This document shows positions 1 to 7,921 of a DNA stretch of 12,589 nucleotides, piece after piece. Position numbers and translations under genes: made by a program. The stretch spans positions 1-12,589 of the forward strand of contig CBDCYW010000002.1 in the NCBI GenBank assembly GCA_965224245.1. Direction: 5' to 3'. Origin of the DNA: Candidatus Eiseniibacteriota bacterium. GTDB taxonomy: Bacteria; Eisenbacteria; RBG-16-71-46; CAZAMP01. How positions within the stretch are numbered: the stretch's first letter is position 1; each line of letters starts with the position of its first letter. A model generated the notes under the pieces. That model saw nothing but the letters and a program-made list of their open reading frames with translations. It did no database searches and was not told the origin of the DNA.

Positions 1-334
1 GTCGACCCGCGGGCGTATATCGCGTTGGGGCGCAACGTTCTCCATCGATTTGCAGGCGTCGAATTCTCAGCATTTTCACGCGCCAGGGAGCCCGGCGACG
101 CGGTTCGCAGGGCGTCCGCCGTGGGCGCCAATTCTCAGCATCTGCGAACCGGCAGCCTCCTTGTTTACAGCGCCGCTGTAACCCGTTGGTATGCCTCAGG
201 CCGGACTGCGGCTTTCCACGACTCGCACGCCAACGCGACGACCACCTAAACTCATCACCAGCACAGACCGGACGTTATGGACGGGTCCGCAGACGGAGCC
301 CGATGTCGTCAACTGCGAGCACTGGGAGTACCTT

Positions 335-2515
335 ATGTCAAACCAGCGTTTACGAGAACTACTGTTCGCCGATCTGGCGAACGTGGTTGCCGCCCTAGCC
401 TTGCTCACCGTGCCGTTAGGGACTCCGGCTCAAGCGTCCCAGGACTACGGTGTCGGGGAAGTCATCGTCGAATTCCAGGCCGGACGTATCGAGTTTCCTG
501 ACGGACTTGAACGCTGCGGGTTCGGTGACGTGACGGTGCATGATCCTGTTCTGAGGACACTTCTCAACTCGTGGGGGGTTCGGGCCTTCCAAGTGATCTG
601 CCCGGAATGGCGAGGAATCGACGAATCCGACATGTTCGATATTCAAGGTCGACCAATACTCGAGCCCCTCAAGGACTTCGAGAATGTCTATCTTCTCTAC
701 TTCGACGCTTCTCACACCGTAGACGAGGTAGTCGCCGATCTACGAACCCGGGACGACTATGTGATCTTCGCGCATCCGAACTACCGCGCTCGCGATACTG
801 GGTGCCCGACAATCCCGGTCTCGATTGGGGAAACACTGTACCATCAAACGGCAACACACACTGGATCCTGGGGCATGAGCAACCCAGGCCTGTTCAGCGA
901 GATTGTGGGCGCCGATTCGGTTCAAGCGCTCTTGGACACGGATATCAATCTGCAAGAGGCATGGAGTATCTACAACACAGCCACCAAGAAGGTCGCGGTA
1001 CTGGATCGTGGCATTGACATGTGTCATGAGGACCTTCCTGTGGACGCCGTTCTCTCGAAGTGCTTCAGCGGCAACTCCTGCTCGACCGACGAGACGGACC
1101 CTCAACGAGCCCATGGAACAGCAGTAGCGGGCATCATCGCTGCGATTGCAAACAATGGGGTGGGTGTTGCTGGCGTCCTCGGTCACCCGTCATCAGACGA
1201 TGACCTCATTGTCTCGCTTCAGCTCAGGTCGGCGGACGGTTCAGGACAGACGGCTCATGCGGCAACCGCGATCAGCTACGCTGTTGGCACGGGTGTGATC
1301 CCTGTAACGAACATCAGCATGACTTTCGCCGGGGTCCACGTTGACGCACTCAAGCTAGCAATGAAAAACGCGTTTCTCGCTGGAATGACTTTCGCGGTTT
1401 CCGGGGGGAACAGTTCGAGCGATGTGTCTCCGCAAGAGTGGGGGCGGTTTGGCATCGGAACGACCGGGATCAATATTGATGGGAGTGATCCAGGCTGGCA
1501 CGAGGGGCCCTGGATCGATGTGACTGCTCCGGGGCCCGCGGGAGCACCGTTGGGCGTTCAGCAGGGCGTGTATACCACTGCATGGGTCTCGTTCAACCAA
1601 GACTGCAAGCGCTATGGGTGGTTTCACGCCACCTCGTCCGCAGCTCCACACGTCGCCGGAATGGCGGCGCTCATACTGTCCCACGTTCCGATTGCAACGA
1701 ACGAGGATCTCTTGGAGGTGATTACTCGAACTGCCAGGGACCTCGGGCCAACGGGATATGACGAAACCTGGGGTCACGGCCTAGCTCGACTCGACAACGC
1801 TCTCTGCTTTGTGACGGAGCGAACGCTGGTCCATGGCGACGTGTCTGGGGCATACGACCAGTTGACGTTCGTTGAAGATCGCACCCAAACGTTTCTCAAC
1901 CTGAAGGAGAGTTGGGGGGGAGAAGGCGACTACTGGGTGGATGTGTATAAGGCGACAAAGTCAGTTGGCTTTCCTAGCAACGTTGAGGATTGCCCAATCA
2001 ATACTACCCAGGTTTGGGCGCGAGGTCGTCAATGTTCGGGCTGGCGAAACGAGTCTACGATCGACGTGGCTCTCGACACGACGTGGGGGGGGGTTGTGAA
2101 TGAAACGATCACTCCCTTTGGCTGCGACATTTCGACATACTTCTATGAGGTGTTCGCGGACGAGAACGCATCCAGTTCCCTGGGGTGGTTCCCCTACGAT
2201 CCCGATGATGCGTCGTCTCCTCCCCTGAGTTGGGGCTACACGTACCTCGTGCTGCCTTCCTGTCCGCAACGGATCGGAGGGAACGCGATCGAGAACCTTC
2301 AGGCTCCCACTGTCACAACGACCGTGCAAGTCTATGACGTAGCTGGCCGCCGAGTCCGCGAGTGGGACATGGAGGGCCCAACGTCCGCAAGTTCCATCGA
2401 GTGGGATGGGCGGCTAGACTCCGGTCGCCTGGCACCGACTGGTGTATACTTCGTGCGAGCGCGGAACGCCGTAGGTGCAGCAGCAATGAGTCAGCGCGTG
2501 CTCGTGGTTCGATGA
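335..2515 (+). CDS. Secreted S8 (subtilisin-like) serine peptidase with C-terminal FlgD-Ig-like domain
   Basis: Triad motifs VAVLDRGID (Asp), HGTAVAGIIAA (His) and ATSSAAPHVAG (Ser), with oxyanion Asn in VSGGNS. C-terminus VQVYDVAGRRVR...WDGRLDSGRLAPTGVYFVR is FlgD-Ig-like. ATG 335 follows GGGAG (324-328) and gives a signal peptide (...ALALLTVPLGTPAQA); the ORF extends up to 191. Confidence 0.9.
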   Translation: MSNQRLRELLFADLANVVAALALLTVPLGTPAQASQDYGVGEVIVEFQAGRIEFPDGLERCGFGDVTVHDPVLRTLLNSWGVRAFQVICPEWRGIDESDMFDIQGRPILEPLKDFENVYLLYFDASHTVDEVVADLRTRDDYVIFAHPNYRARDTGCPTIPVSIGETLYHQTATHTGSWGMSNPGLFSEIVGADSVQALLDTDINLQEAWSIYNTATKKVAVLDRGIDMCHEDLPVDAVLSKCFSGNSCSTDETDPQRAHGTAVAGIIAAIANNGVGVAGVLGHPSSDDDLIVSLQLRSADGSGQTAHAATAISYAVGTGVIPVTNISMTFAGVHVDALKLAMKNAFLAGMTFAVSGGNSSSDVSPQEWGRFGIGTTGINIDGSDPGWHEGPWIDVTAPGPAGAPLGVQQGVYTTAWVSFNQDCKRYGWFHATSSAAPHVAGMAALILSHVPIATNEDLLEVITRTARDLGPTGYDETWGHGLARLDNALCFVTERTLVHGDVSGAYDQLTFVEDRTQTFLNLKESWGGEGDYWVDVYKATKSVGFPSNVEDCPINTTQVWARGRQCSGWRNESTIDVALDTTWGGVVNETITPFGCDISTYFYEVFADENASSSLGWFPYDPDDASSPPLSWGYTYLVLPSCPQRIGGNAIENLQAPTVTTTVQVYDVAGRRVREWDMEGPTSASSIEWDGRLDSGRLAPTGVYFVRARNAVGAAAMSQRVLVVR

Positions 2516-4209
2516 TCCAGGACTTCACGAGGCCGTCGGGGATGCTAAGGATGTGTCAACTGAGACGTATGGTCTTCTGCTTGGGCTGCCTCTGTCCTGT
2601 CTCGACTGGGATCGCAGGTGTGTCGGACACCACGTGGTTTGGTGGATCGGATCCCAACACGGGCATTGCCGTACAAGGTGGCATCTGGGACTTCGAGGAC
2701 TGCACGACACAGGGCTGGTCCAGCGTCGATCGAAGCGACGAGGGGCTCTTCGTGACGCACGTCACACCCGACTCGAACGCCGTGCATGGAGATGGTGACG
2801 TGACCGCCATCAATTCCTCTGGATCAATCTGGTTCGGTGCCCACGCGGACCGCGCAGAGGAAGAGTGTTGGCCAGGCGGTCAGGGCTACGACAACGCCTG
2901 GGTACAGGTCGCGCGCAAGACGTTCTCATACGGCGGCAGCGGCGACGTCACGATCGAGTTCGACTACTTCGCCGACAGCTCGGCGGGGTTTGACTTCACG
3001 TACGTCTACATCGCGACTGACGACGTAACCATCGGCCCACTCAACCCGGGGGCGTGGGGCCCGGGGTATTCAGGTTCGGTTGGGTCGCCGCAGAGCCCAG
3101 CGCACGCTGTACTGGTGGCAAGCGAAGTTGACCTGGCGACAGTCGTGGACTCGTTCGACGTCGTGTTTCAGTTCGAGGCAAACGAGTCTGAGTCGGATGG
3201 CTGGGACGCGCTTGGGACCACGATAGACACGATTGGCGGGTTCGGTCTCGACAACGTAGGGGTCGTCGGCAACGCGCTGGACGACTTCAGCGACTTCGAA
3301 CCCGGCGCGATTGGAGGCGCTGAGCGCGATGGCTGGCGCCTCTATGAGGCACCCCCCATTGGCAGTTTCGGAGACGTCGCTCCGCTGGAGGACGTCGACA
3401 CGAACCAGGAGGTGCCGGAGAGCTGCCCGGTCGTGGGCTGCGTGCTCCTCGCTTCGGATGCGCTCGGGGGTGGGGACCCCCATCCGTACTTGCAGCACGA
3501 GACTCTTCGGTCGAATGCCGTCCCTGCTGTGGAGATGATGGTCGACGCGGTCGTGCTCCAGTTCGATGCGTGGCTGAACTGGCCCGACGGGATGGGTATC
3601 TTCTTCTATCTCGGCGTCGAGTACTACCCGTGGACTTGCCCGGAGAGCGGCGTCGTTGGCTGGTCCCCGATACCGACTCTGAGTGTCTCAGGCGTGGCTG
3701 CGCCGGCGATCTGCGCCAGCGATGCAGTCGTGGATGTGACCGGAGACCTGCCGCCGATTGCGCTCGTGGACTCGCTCCGGATCGGGATCATCATGCAGAG
3801 GTCGTGTGATCCGTTTTCGCCAAGTTGTGCTCGGGACGCATTCAGTAACGCCCCGTCGCCATTCTTCGACAATCTTCGCGTTGGGTTCGTCCGATCGAGC
3901 GTTGGCGTTGTGGACCATTCATGGCCAGGGCCGCGTCCATACGAAGTAGTCCCGTCGCACAATCCGATCAATACCGGGGTACTGTGCACGTTCTTCCTGC
4001 CGAACGCTGAGTCGGTGCAATTGTCAGTGTATGATGTCTCGGGAAGACTGGTGCGCCTCTTGCGCGACGAGGATCTTCCGAGGGGTGAACACTCCACTGG
4101 CTGGAACGCAACCGATAGCGCGGAACGCCGGGTGGCTCCGGGAATGTACTTCCTTCGTCTGAAGACGCCCCACGCGTCGCACACTTCGCGCGTGATTGTG
4201 GCCCGTTGA
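2512..4209 (+). CDS. Secreted acidic, Cys-containing protein with C-terminal FlgD-Ig-like domain
   Basis: Long ORF. ATG 2512 overlaps the upstream stop (ATGA); alternative ATGs at 2542 and 2551. Hydrophobic N-terminus. C-terminus HNPIN...VQLSVYDVSGRLVRLL...WNATDSAERRVAPGMYFLRL. Confidence 0.8.
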   Translation: MIQDFTRPSGMLRMCQLRRMVFCLGCLCPVSTGIAGVSDTTWFGGSDPNTGIAVQGGIWDFEDCTTQGWSSVDRSDEGLFVTHVTPDSNAVHGDGDVTAINSSGSIWFGAHADRAEEECWPGGQGYDNAWVQVARKTFSYGGSGDVTIEFDYFADSSAGFDFTYVYIATDDVTIGPLNPGAWGPGYSGSVGSPQSPAHAVLVASEVDLATVVDSFDVVFQFEANESESDGWDALGTTIDTIGGFGLDNVGVVGNALDDFSDFEPGAIGGAERDGWRLYEAPPIGSFGDVAPLEDVDTNQEVPESCPVVGCVLLASDALGGGDPHPYLQHETLRSNAVPAVEMMVDAVVLQFDAWLNWPDGMGIFFYLGVEYYPWTCPESGVVGWSPIPTLSVSGVAAPAICASDAVVDVTGDLPPIALVDSLRIGIIMQRSCDPFSPSCARDAFSNAPSPFFDNLRVGFVRSSVGVVDHSWPGPRPYEVVPSHNPINTGVLCTFFLPNAESVQLSVYDVSGRLVRLLRDEDLPRGEHSTGWNATDSAERRVAPGMYFLRLKTPHASHTSRVIVAR

Positions 4210-4222
4210 TTCTGATCGAACG

Positions 4223-4248
4223 ACAAAACCCGGCGCAACCGCACCGGG
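4223..4248 (-). terminator. Intrinsic terminator-like hairpin downstream of the distal gene X remnant
   Basis: Minus strand CCCGGTGC-GGTT-GCGCCGGG followed by TTTTGT. The 22-mer at 4227-4248 is identical to 6937-6958 downstream of intact gene X. Confidence 0.65.
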
Positions 4249-4274
4249 CAAGCAGAACCGTCTGGGGCTGACGG

Positions 4275-4413
4275 CTAGCTCTTGAGCACCGCCCTCAACC
4301 GGTTCTGCAACGACCCCTGCTTGTTCCCGACCACGTCCCTCGGCCCGATGTGCTTCTCGCAGTACTGCTCGGCCGACTTCCCGATCGAGACCTTCAGCTT
4401 CTCCGTGGGGATC
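4275..4413 (-). pseudogene. Distal 3'-end remnant of gene X (last 45 codons)
   Basis: Translates IPTEKLKVSIGKSAEQYCEKHIGPRDVVGNKQGSLQNRLRAVLKS*, homologous to the gene X C-terminus. About 121/139 nt identical to 5411-5549, with 58 bp perfect at 4331-4388. No homologous 5' part. Confidence 0.85.
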
Positions 4414-4465
4414 GTGCGACTGCAGCAGAGCGTATCCGCGGAGTACTTGAGACGCTCCGGCTGCA

Positions 4466-5302
4466 CTACGTCAACGCCCCGAACGCGTTGGGCCAGGTGC
4501 TTCGTACGAACGCCAGTCCGAGCTTGGTGGCGTGAAGGCCGTGCCAATCCGGGTTCGTGCCGTCGTCAGCGACGCGATAGTCAAGTTCGAGCAGACCACG
4601 AGTCAGCAGCTCACGGACGGCGCCGTCAAAGACCAGCGGCCTCGTGTCTGCGTTCTTACCTAGGTTCTCGTCGTGAGCGATCAGGCCCTCATGGAGTGAG
4701 AACTTCGGATTGCTCATCCTCAAACGGCCATACAGGTTCATGAGGTAGACGGCCCTAGAACTTAGAGAACGCCGGATATTCGCCAGCCGCTCACCGATCG
4801 CTCCTTCGAACTTTGTGGCACCCTCAAGCAGCGCTTGGGAAACGCGCTTGATCGGATCACCCTGATCGTAGGCGACGACTCGGTTGTCTTTGATGTCAAA
4901 GTGCAAGTCACGCAGGTCACCTTGCGCGATGAGGATGATCTGGCTGAGAGGCTTGAGGGACAGGGCAACACCGGTCTCTACCAGTACTCCATGATTGGCC
5001 ATTGTGAGGTCTGCGACGAAAAAGTGGTCGGCGAGTATGTGCTCTACGATCTCCTCGGTGATTTCGGAGGCGTTCGGCGCCAAGCGATCGGCTCGAACTG
5101 GTGGGCATGCGAACGGGCGAGCCGGCCCCTGCTCGTTGGCGCGCTTCACCGCCTCACAGATGATTGTGTCGAACACATCGGTTGCTCGATAGCTGAACTG
5201 ATCCCGAAATGGCATCGCTACGAACGTGGTGTAGCGATCGGCAACAATCTGGCCGGCCAAGGCGTCTTGCCCTGTTTCTCGCCAAATGCGATCCGCGTTC
5301 AT
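4466..5302 (-). CDS. Nucleoside 2-deoxyribosyltransferase-like (NDT/TIR-like fold) protein with probable C-terminal winged helix
   Basis: Motifs FVAMPF, VRADR, EIVEHI..DHFFVADLTMANHGVLVETGVALSLKP and LHFDI..NRVVAY. C-terminus VRELLTRGLLEL...LHATKLGLAFV is wHTH-like. ATG 5302 has GGGAG upstream; alternative starts at 5335 and 5344. Confidence 0.75.
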   Translation of the reverse strand: MNADRIWRETGQDALAGQIVADRYTTFVAMPFRDQFSYRATDVFDTIICEAVKRANEQGPARPFACPPVRADRLAPNASEITEEIVEHILADHFFVADLTMANHGVLVETGVALSLKPLSQIILIAQGDLRDLHFDIKDNRVVAYDQGDPIKRVSQALLEGATKFEGAIGERLANIRRSLSSRAVYLMNLYGRLRMSNPKFSLHEGLIAHDENLGKNADTRPLVFDGAVRELLTRGLLELDYRVADDGTNPDWHGLHATKLGLAFVRSTWPNAFGALT

Positions 5303-5563
5303 TCTGATGCTCCCGGGTTCTGATCGCGTGATCATAGCCAGCATCGAGCGAGATGCTACAAATAAGCGCGGAGCTTCGGACCAGGGCAGGAGGGAACCTG
5401 GGCAGGGCTGCTAGCTCTTCAGCGCCGCCCGCAGCCGATTCGAGAGGCTGCCCTGCTTGTTCCCGGCCACGTCCCTCGGCCCGATGTGCTTCTCGCAGTA
5501 CTGCTCGGCCGACTTCCCGATCGACACCTTGAGCTTCTCCATCGGGATCACCTCCTCGGTTTC

Positions 5564-5595
5564 CGGCCGTTATGCCGAGCTCGGCATAACGGCCG
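5564..5595. repeat. 32-bp perfect palindrome CGGCCG-TTATGCCGAG-CTCGGCATAA-CGGCCG
   Basis: Read directly. Built from two copies of the adjacent element's terminal decamer between CGGCCG hexamers. Confidence 0.95.
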
Positions 5596-5878
5596 TTATG
5601 CCGAGTGCCGGATTATGCCGAGCCGGCGCCAAGAGCCTGCGGTCACTGTGGCCTGGAGTCGATCCTACTCGGCATAATCGGAGGCACTTCAGTGCTCCAA
5701 AGCGCGGGATAGCCGCAATGAAGCCCAACCTGGCGCACCGTCCTCGTCGTCCGGCTCTGATCCGGGTCGAGGAAGAGGTCCGTTTTATGCCGAGCGTCAA
5801 GCGTTCTGAACGCGTGCAAGTCTGTGCTGCGTCTCACGGCCTGCTATGTGGCTCGGCATAATCCGGCACTCGGCATAA
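5596..5878. mobile_element. 283-bp non-autonomous miniature element with RIT-like terminal inverted repeats
   Basis: Perfect 29-bp inverted repeats TTATGCCGAGTGCCGGATTATGCCGAGCC (5596-5624 and 5850-5878). Inner inverted cores at 5668-5677 and 5785-5794. Flanked by CGGCCG (5590-5595, 5879-5884). It splits a gene X remnant and encodes no recombinase. Confidence 0.8.
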
Positions 5879-6205
5879 CGGCCGGCCCTTGACGGTGACC
5901 CTGAGCCCCTTGGCGACCTTGACGACGTCGAAGCTGACGCGCTCGGAGACGTTGGTGGCGCGGCCGCCAGTGAATTCGCGACCGCGTTGCCAGATAGTAG
6001 CTTTCGAGGCCCGTGCTAGACTCATCGAATGTGCGAAGTCGTCCATCTCCAGCTCTTGCTGGCGACGCTCTCGGCGTGGATCGGACGTTGTCGGGCGGGC
6101 GGTCATCGCCCCCGATCGCATTCCTGCTGAGCCCTACGTCGTCAGTGCCGCTGACGGTTGCCTGTCGCGAGGGACGCCGTGGACTCCTGAGGTACGGGGA
6201 GCGTG

Positions 6206-6829
6206 ATGCGTACAACGATGCTGCTGGTGCTCTCCTGTGCCGCCGTCGTCACGTCGGGCCGTGCCGATGGACCGCCACAGATGATCGCGGCTGCGGACCT
6301 CGGTTTCTGCCAGTCGCCGCCGCACGAGGACCGGGACTGCGATGACATACTCTCAGAACTCAGTGAGTTCGGCGGTCTCATCGACGTCCTCGTGCAAGGT
6401 CTTCCGAGGATCAAAGAAGCGCGGTTCGGCGTGTTCATCGACGGTGACGACACGGAGTTCGGCTGGACCCAGTACGGCGGGTTCACCGTCTCCGTGGTGG
6501 ACACACTCCCGAGCGTCCAGTACGCGATCATTGCAACAGCCATCGACGGCTGCCACAAACTCAGCGATGGGATGCACCATCTGCTGTGCTTCTCGAACGC
6601 CTTTGTTCGCGAGGAAACGACGTTCGCGGTCGTTCCCGACCCCAGGATTGGCCGCGCACAAGTGACCACCTGCGACGACATTGTGATCACGATCCCGGAG
6701 GAGTACCTCGGCATCGTCGGGATCGGTGGCCCACCAGGCTACAACCCCTGCGAAGAGGGCACGGTGGACGTGCCAGATACCCCCCTCCAACGATCATCGT
6801 GGACGACGGTCAAGTCCCTTTACCGGTAG
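6206..6829 (+). CDS. Secreted hypothetical protein with C-terminal SWxxVKSLYR motif
   Basis: GGGGAG RBS precedes GTG 6203/ATG 6206. Signal-peptide-like MRTTMLLVLSCAAVVTSGRA. Ends TPLQRSSWTTVKSLYR. Confidence 0.8.
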   Translation: MRTTMLLVLSCAAVVTSGRADGPPQMIAAADLGFCQSPPHEDRDCDDILSELSEFGGLIDVLVQGLPRIKEARFGVFIDGDDTEFGWTQYGGFTVSVVDTLPSVQYAIIATAIDGCHKLSDGMHHLLCFSNAFVREETTFAVVPDPRIGRAQVTTCDDIVITIPEEYLGIVGIGGPPGYNPCEEGTVDVPDTPLQRSSWTTVKSLYR

Positions 6830-6932
6830 CCGTGTTGAACAACAGCGGGGCCGCACGTGGTGTAGGCTGTCCATGCCGAACACCGACTGCGCGCGCGGAC
6901 GCGGCCTGGATGGTTGGCGACACGGGACAAGG

Positions 6933-6959
6933 AGAGAACCCGGCGCAACCGCACCGGGT
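6933..6959 (-). terminator. Terminator-like hairpin downstream of gene X
   Basis: Same hairpin as 4229-4248, followed on the minus strand by TTCTCT; about 30 bp after the gene X stop. Confidence 0.55.
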
Positions 6960-6987
6960 GAAGTGGAAGCGTCTGTGGCCGGCGCCG

Positions 6988-7594
6988 CTAGCCTCTCAGC
7001 ACCGCCCGCAACCGGTTCGCCAACGACCCTGACTTGTTCCCGACGACCTCACGCGGCCCCAGGTGCCGATCGGTGTAGTCCAGCGCCGCCTTGTTGATCG
7101 AGACCTTGATGAGCTCGGGGTTCAGCACCTCCTCGGTGTCGGGGCGTCCCTTGATCGCGACCTTCACGCTCTTGCCGCTCTTCTCGACGAGGAACGTCAC
7201 GCGCTCGGCGACGTTGGTGGCGCGGCCGCCGGTGAACTCGCAGGGGACGCCGGCCTTCTTGCAGGCGTCGCGGTAGGGGCCGAGGACGTCGCGGAACTGG
7301 GCCTTGGCGTCGGCGATGAGGGTGTTGGCCTCGCCGCGGAGCGTGGCGGCCTCGGCCTGCATCTCCCGGACGTTCCGTTCGGCGTCGACGACGGCGGTGC
7401 GGAGCGCGTCGAGGTTGGGGGCGGCCGTGTCGCCCGTCGTCGGGGGCGGTGTCGGCGTTTCGGCGGCCGGGGCGGCCGTCGGGGGCCTTCGTCGGCCGAG
7501 CCTTTGCGGTGCGGCCCGATTTGGCGCCGGTGCCGCCCTTGGTCGCCTTCGCCGCCGTCGCCTTCCTCGGAGCCTTCTTCTTCGTCGTCGCCAT
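6988..7594 (-). CDS. 'Gene X': uncharacterised ~201-aa protein (Lys/Ala-rich N-tail, Pro/Ala/Thr linker, coiled coil, conserved C-terminal domain); apparent frameshift near 7481-7485
   Basis: Strong AGGAGG RBS (7600-7605) before ATG 7594, giving MATTKKKAPRKATAAKATK. Removing one base from the G5 run joins this to PTAAPAAETPTPPP...NLDALRTAVVDAERNVREMQAEAATL... and ORF 6988..7362. Very high GC3; two paralogous remnants conserve the protein sequence. Confidence 0.8.
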
Positions 7595-7647
7595 GTCGTC
7601 CTCCTGGGCCGATGTCGCAGGCGCGCCCGATTGCGCGCCAGTGCGAC

Positions 7648-7678
7648 ACACGACCGCTCTGGCCTCTGGTTAAGTCAA
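7648..7678 (-). promoter_or_regulatory. Promoter-like motif TTGACT-N13-GAGCGGTCGTGT facing gene X
   Basis: -35-like TTGACT at 7678-7673; mirrored by the same motif on the + strand at 7713-7743. Confidence 0.55.
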
Positions 7679-7712
7679 GCAATGGCAACGGGTTAATTCG
7701 TGGCTTTCTCGG

Positions 7713-7743
7713 TTGACTGGAGCGTCGCGGCGAGCGGTGATGT
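7713..7743 (+). promoter_or_regulatory. Promoter-like motif TTGACT-N13-GAGCGGTGATGT facing the recombinase
   Basis: Same hexamer, same 13-nt spacing and 10/12 identical second box as the minus-strand motif. Confidence 0.55.
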
Positions 7744-7921
7744 AGCGGAAAACAGAACGCCCCCGGGCGCGGCCGCGTGAGCTGCACCGGGACGGAGTTG
7801 CTCCCCGAAAGACGGAGGTGGGAGCGGCGGTAACAAGGATGAGCGCGCCGGCTCCCCGGGAACGAAGGACACAATTATCCGAAGCGAGTCCGTTAGGCTC
7901 GACGCAAGAGGGAGGTGAGGA

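Larger units (their letters stand above)
5411..5979 (-). pseudogene. Proximal 3'-end remnant of gene X (83 codons), interrupted by a 315-bp insertion
   Basis: Removing 5570-5884 gives EFTGGRATNVSERVSFDVVKVAKGLRVTVKGRPETEEVIPMEKLKVSIGKSAEQYCEKHIGPRDVAGNKQGSLSNRLRAALKS*, colinear with gene X (EFTGGRATNVAERVTF...KGRPDTEEVL...GNKSGSLANRLRAVLRG*). Confidence 0.88.

Noticed and set aside
191-334. N-terminal ORF extensions (191-334; likewise 2362-2511, 8573-8620 and 11923-12114)
   Set aside because: Downstream starts have better RBS, signal-peptide or coupling evidence, and the extensions are not protein-like.
3624-4244. Antisense ORFs over the cargo genes (e.g. 3624..4244, 6142..6714, 4835..5323)
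   Set aside because: They lie opposite well-supported genes and have no recognisable motifs.
5564-5884. CRISPR array from the eight TTATGCCGAG copies
   Set aside because: The copies are short, irregularly spaced and arranged as inverted termini; there are no cas genes.
5980-6121. XRE-type HTH fragment fused in frame to the gene X remnant (RRERRQQELEMDDFAHSMSL...SKATIWQ)
   Set aside because: The resemblance is weak, there is no clear RBS, and the frame stops inside the insertion; it needs an HMM search.
7063-7874. Long overlapping ORFs 7063..7716 (+) and 7197..7874 (-)
   Set aside because: These are shadow frames of GC-rich gene X with low-complexity translations.
7861-7886. GGACA-CAAT-TATCC pseudo-palindrome upstream of the recombinase as its att site
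   Set aside because: The symmetry is weak and there is no convincing second copy in the window; conservation analysis would be needed.
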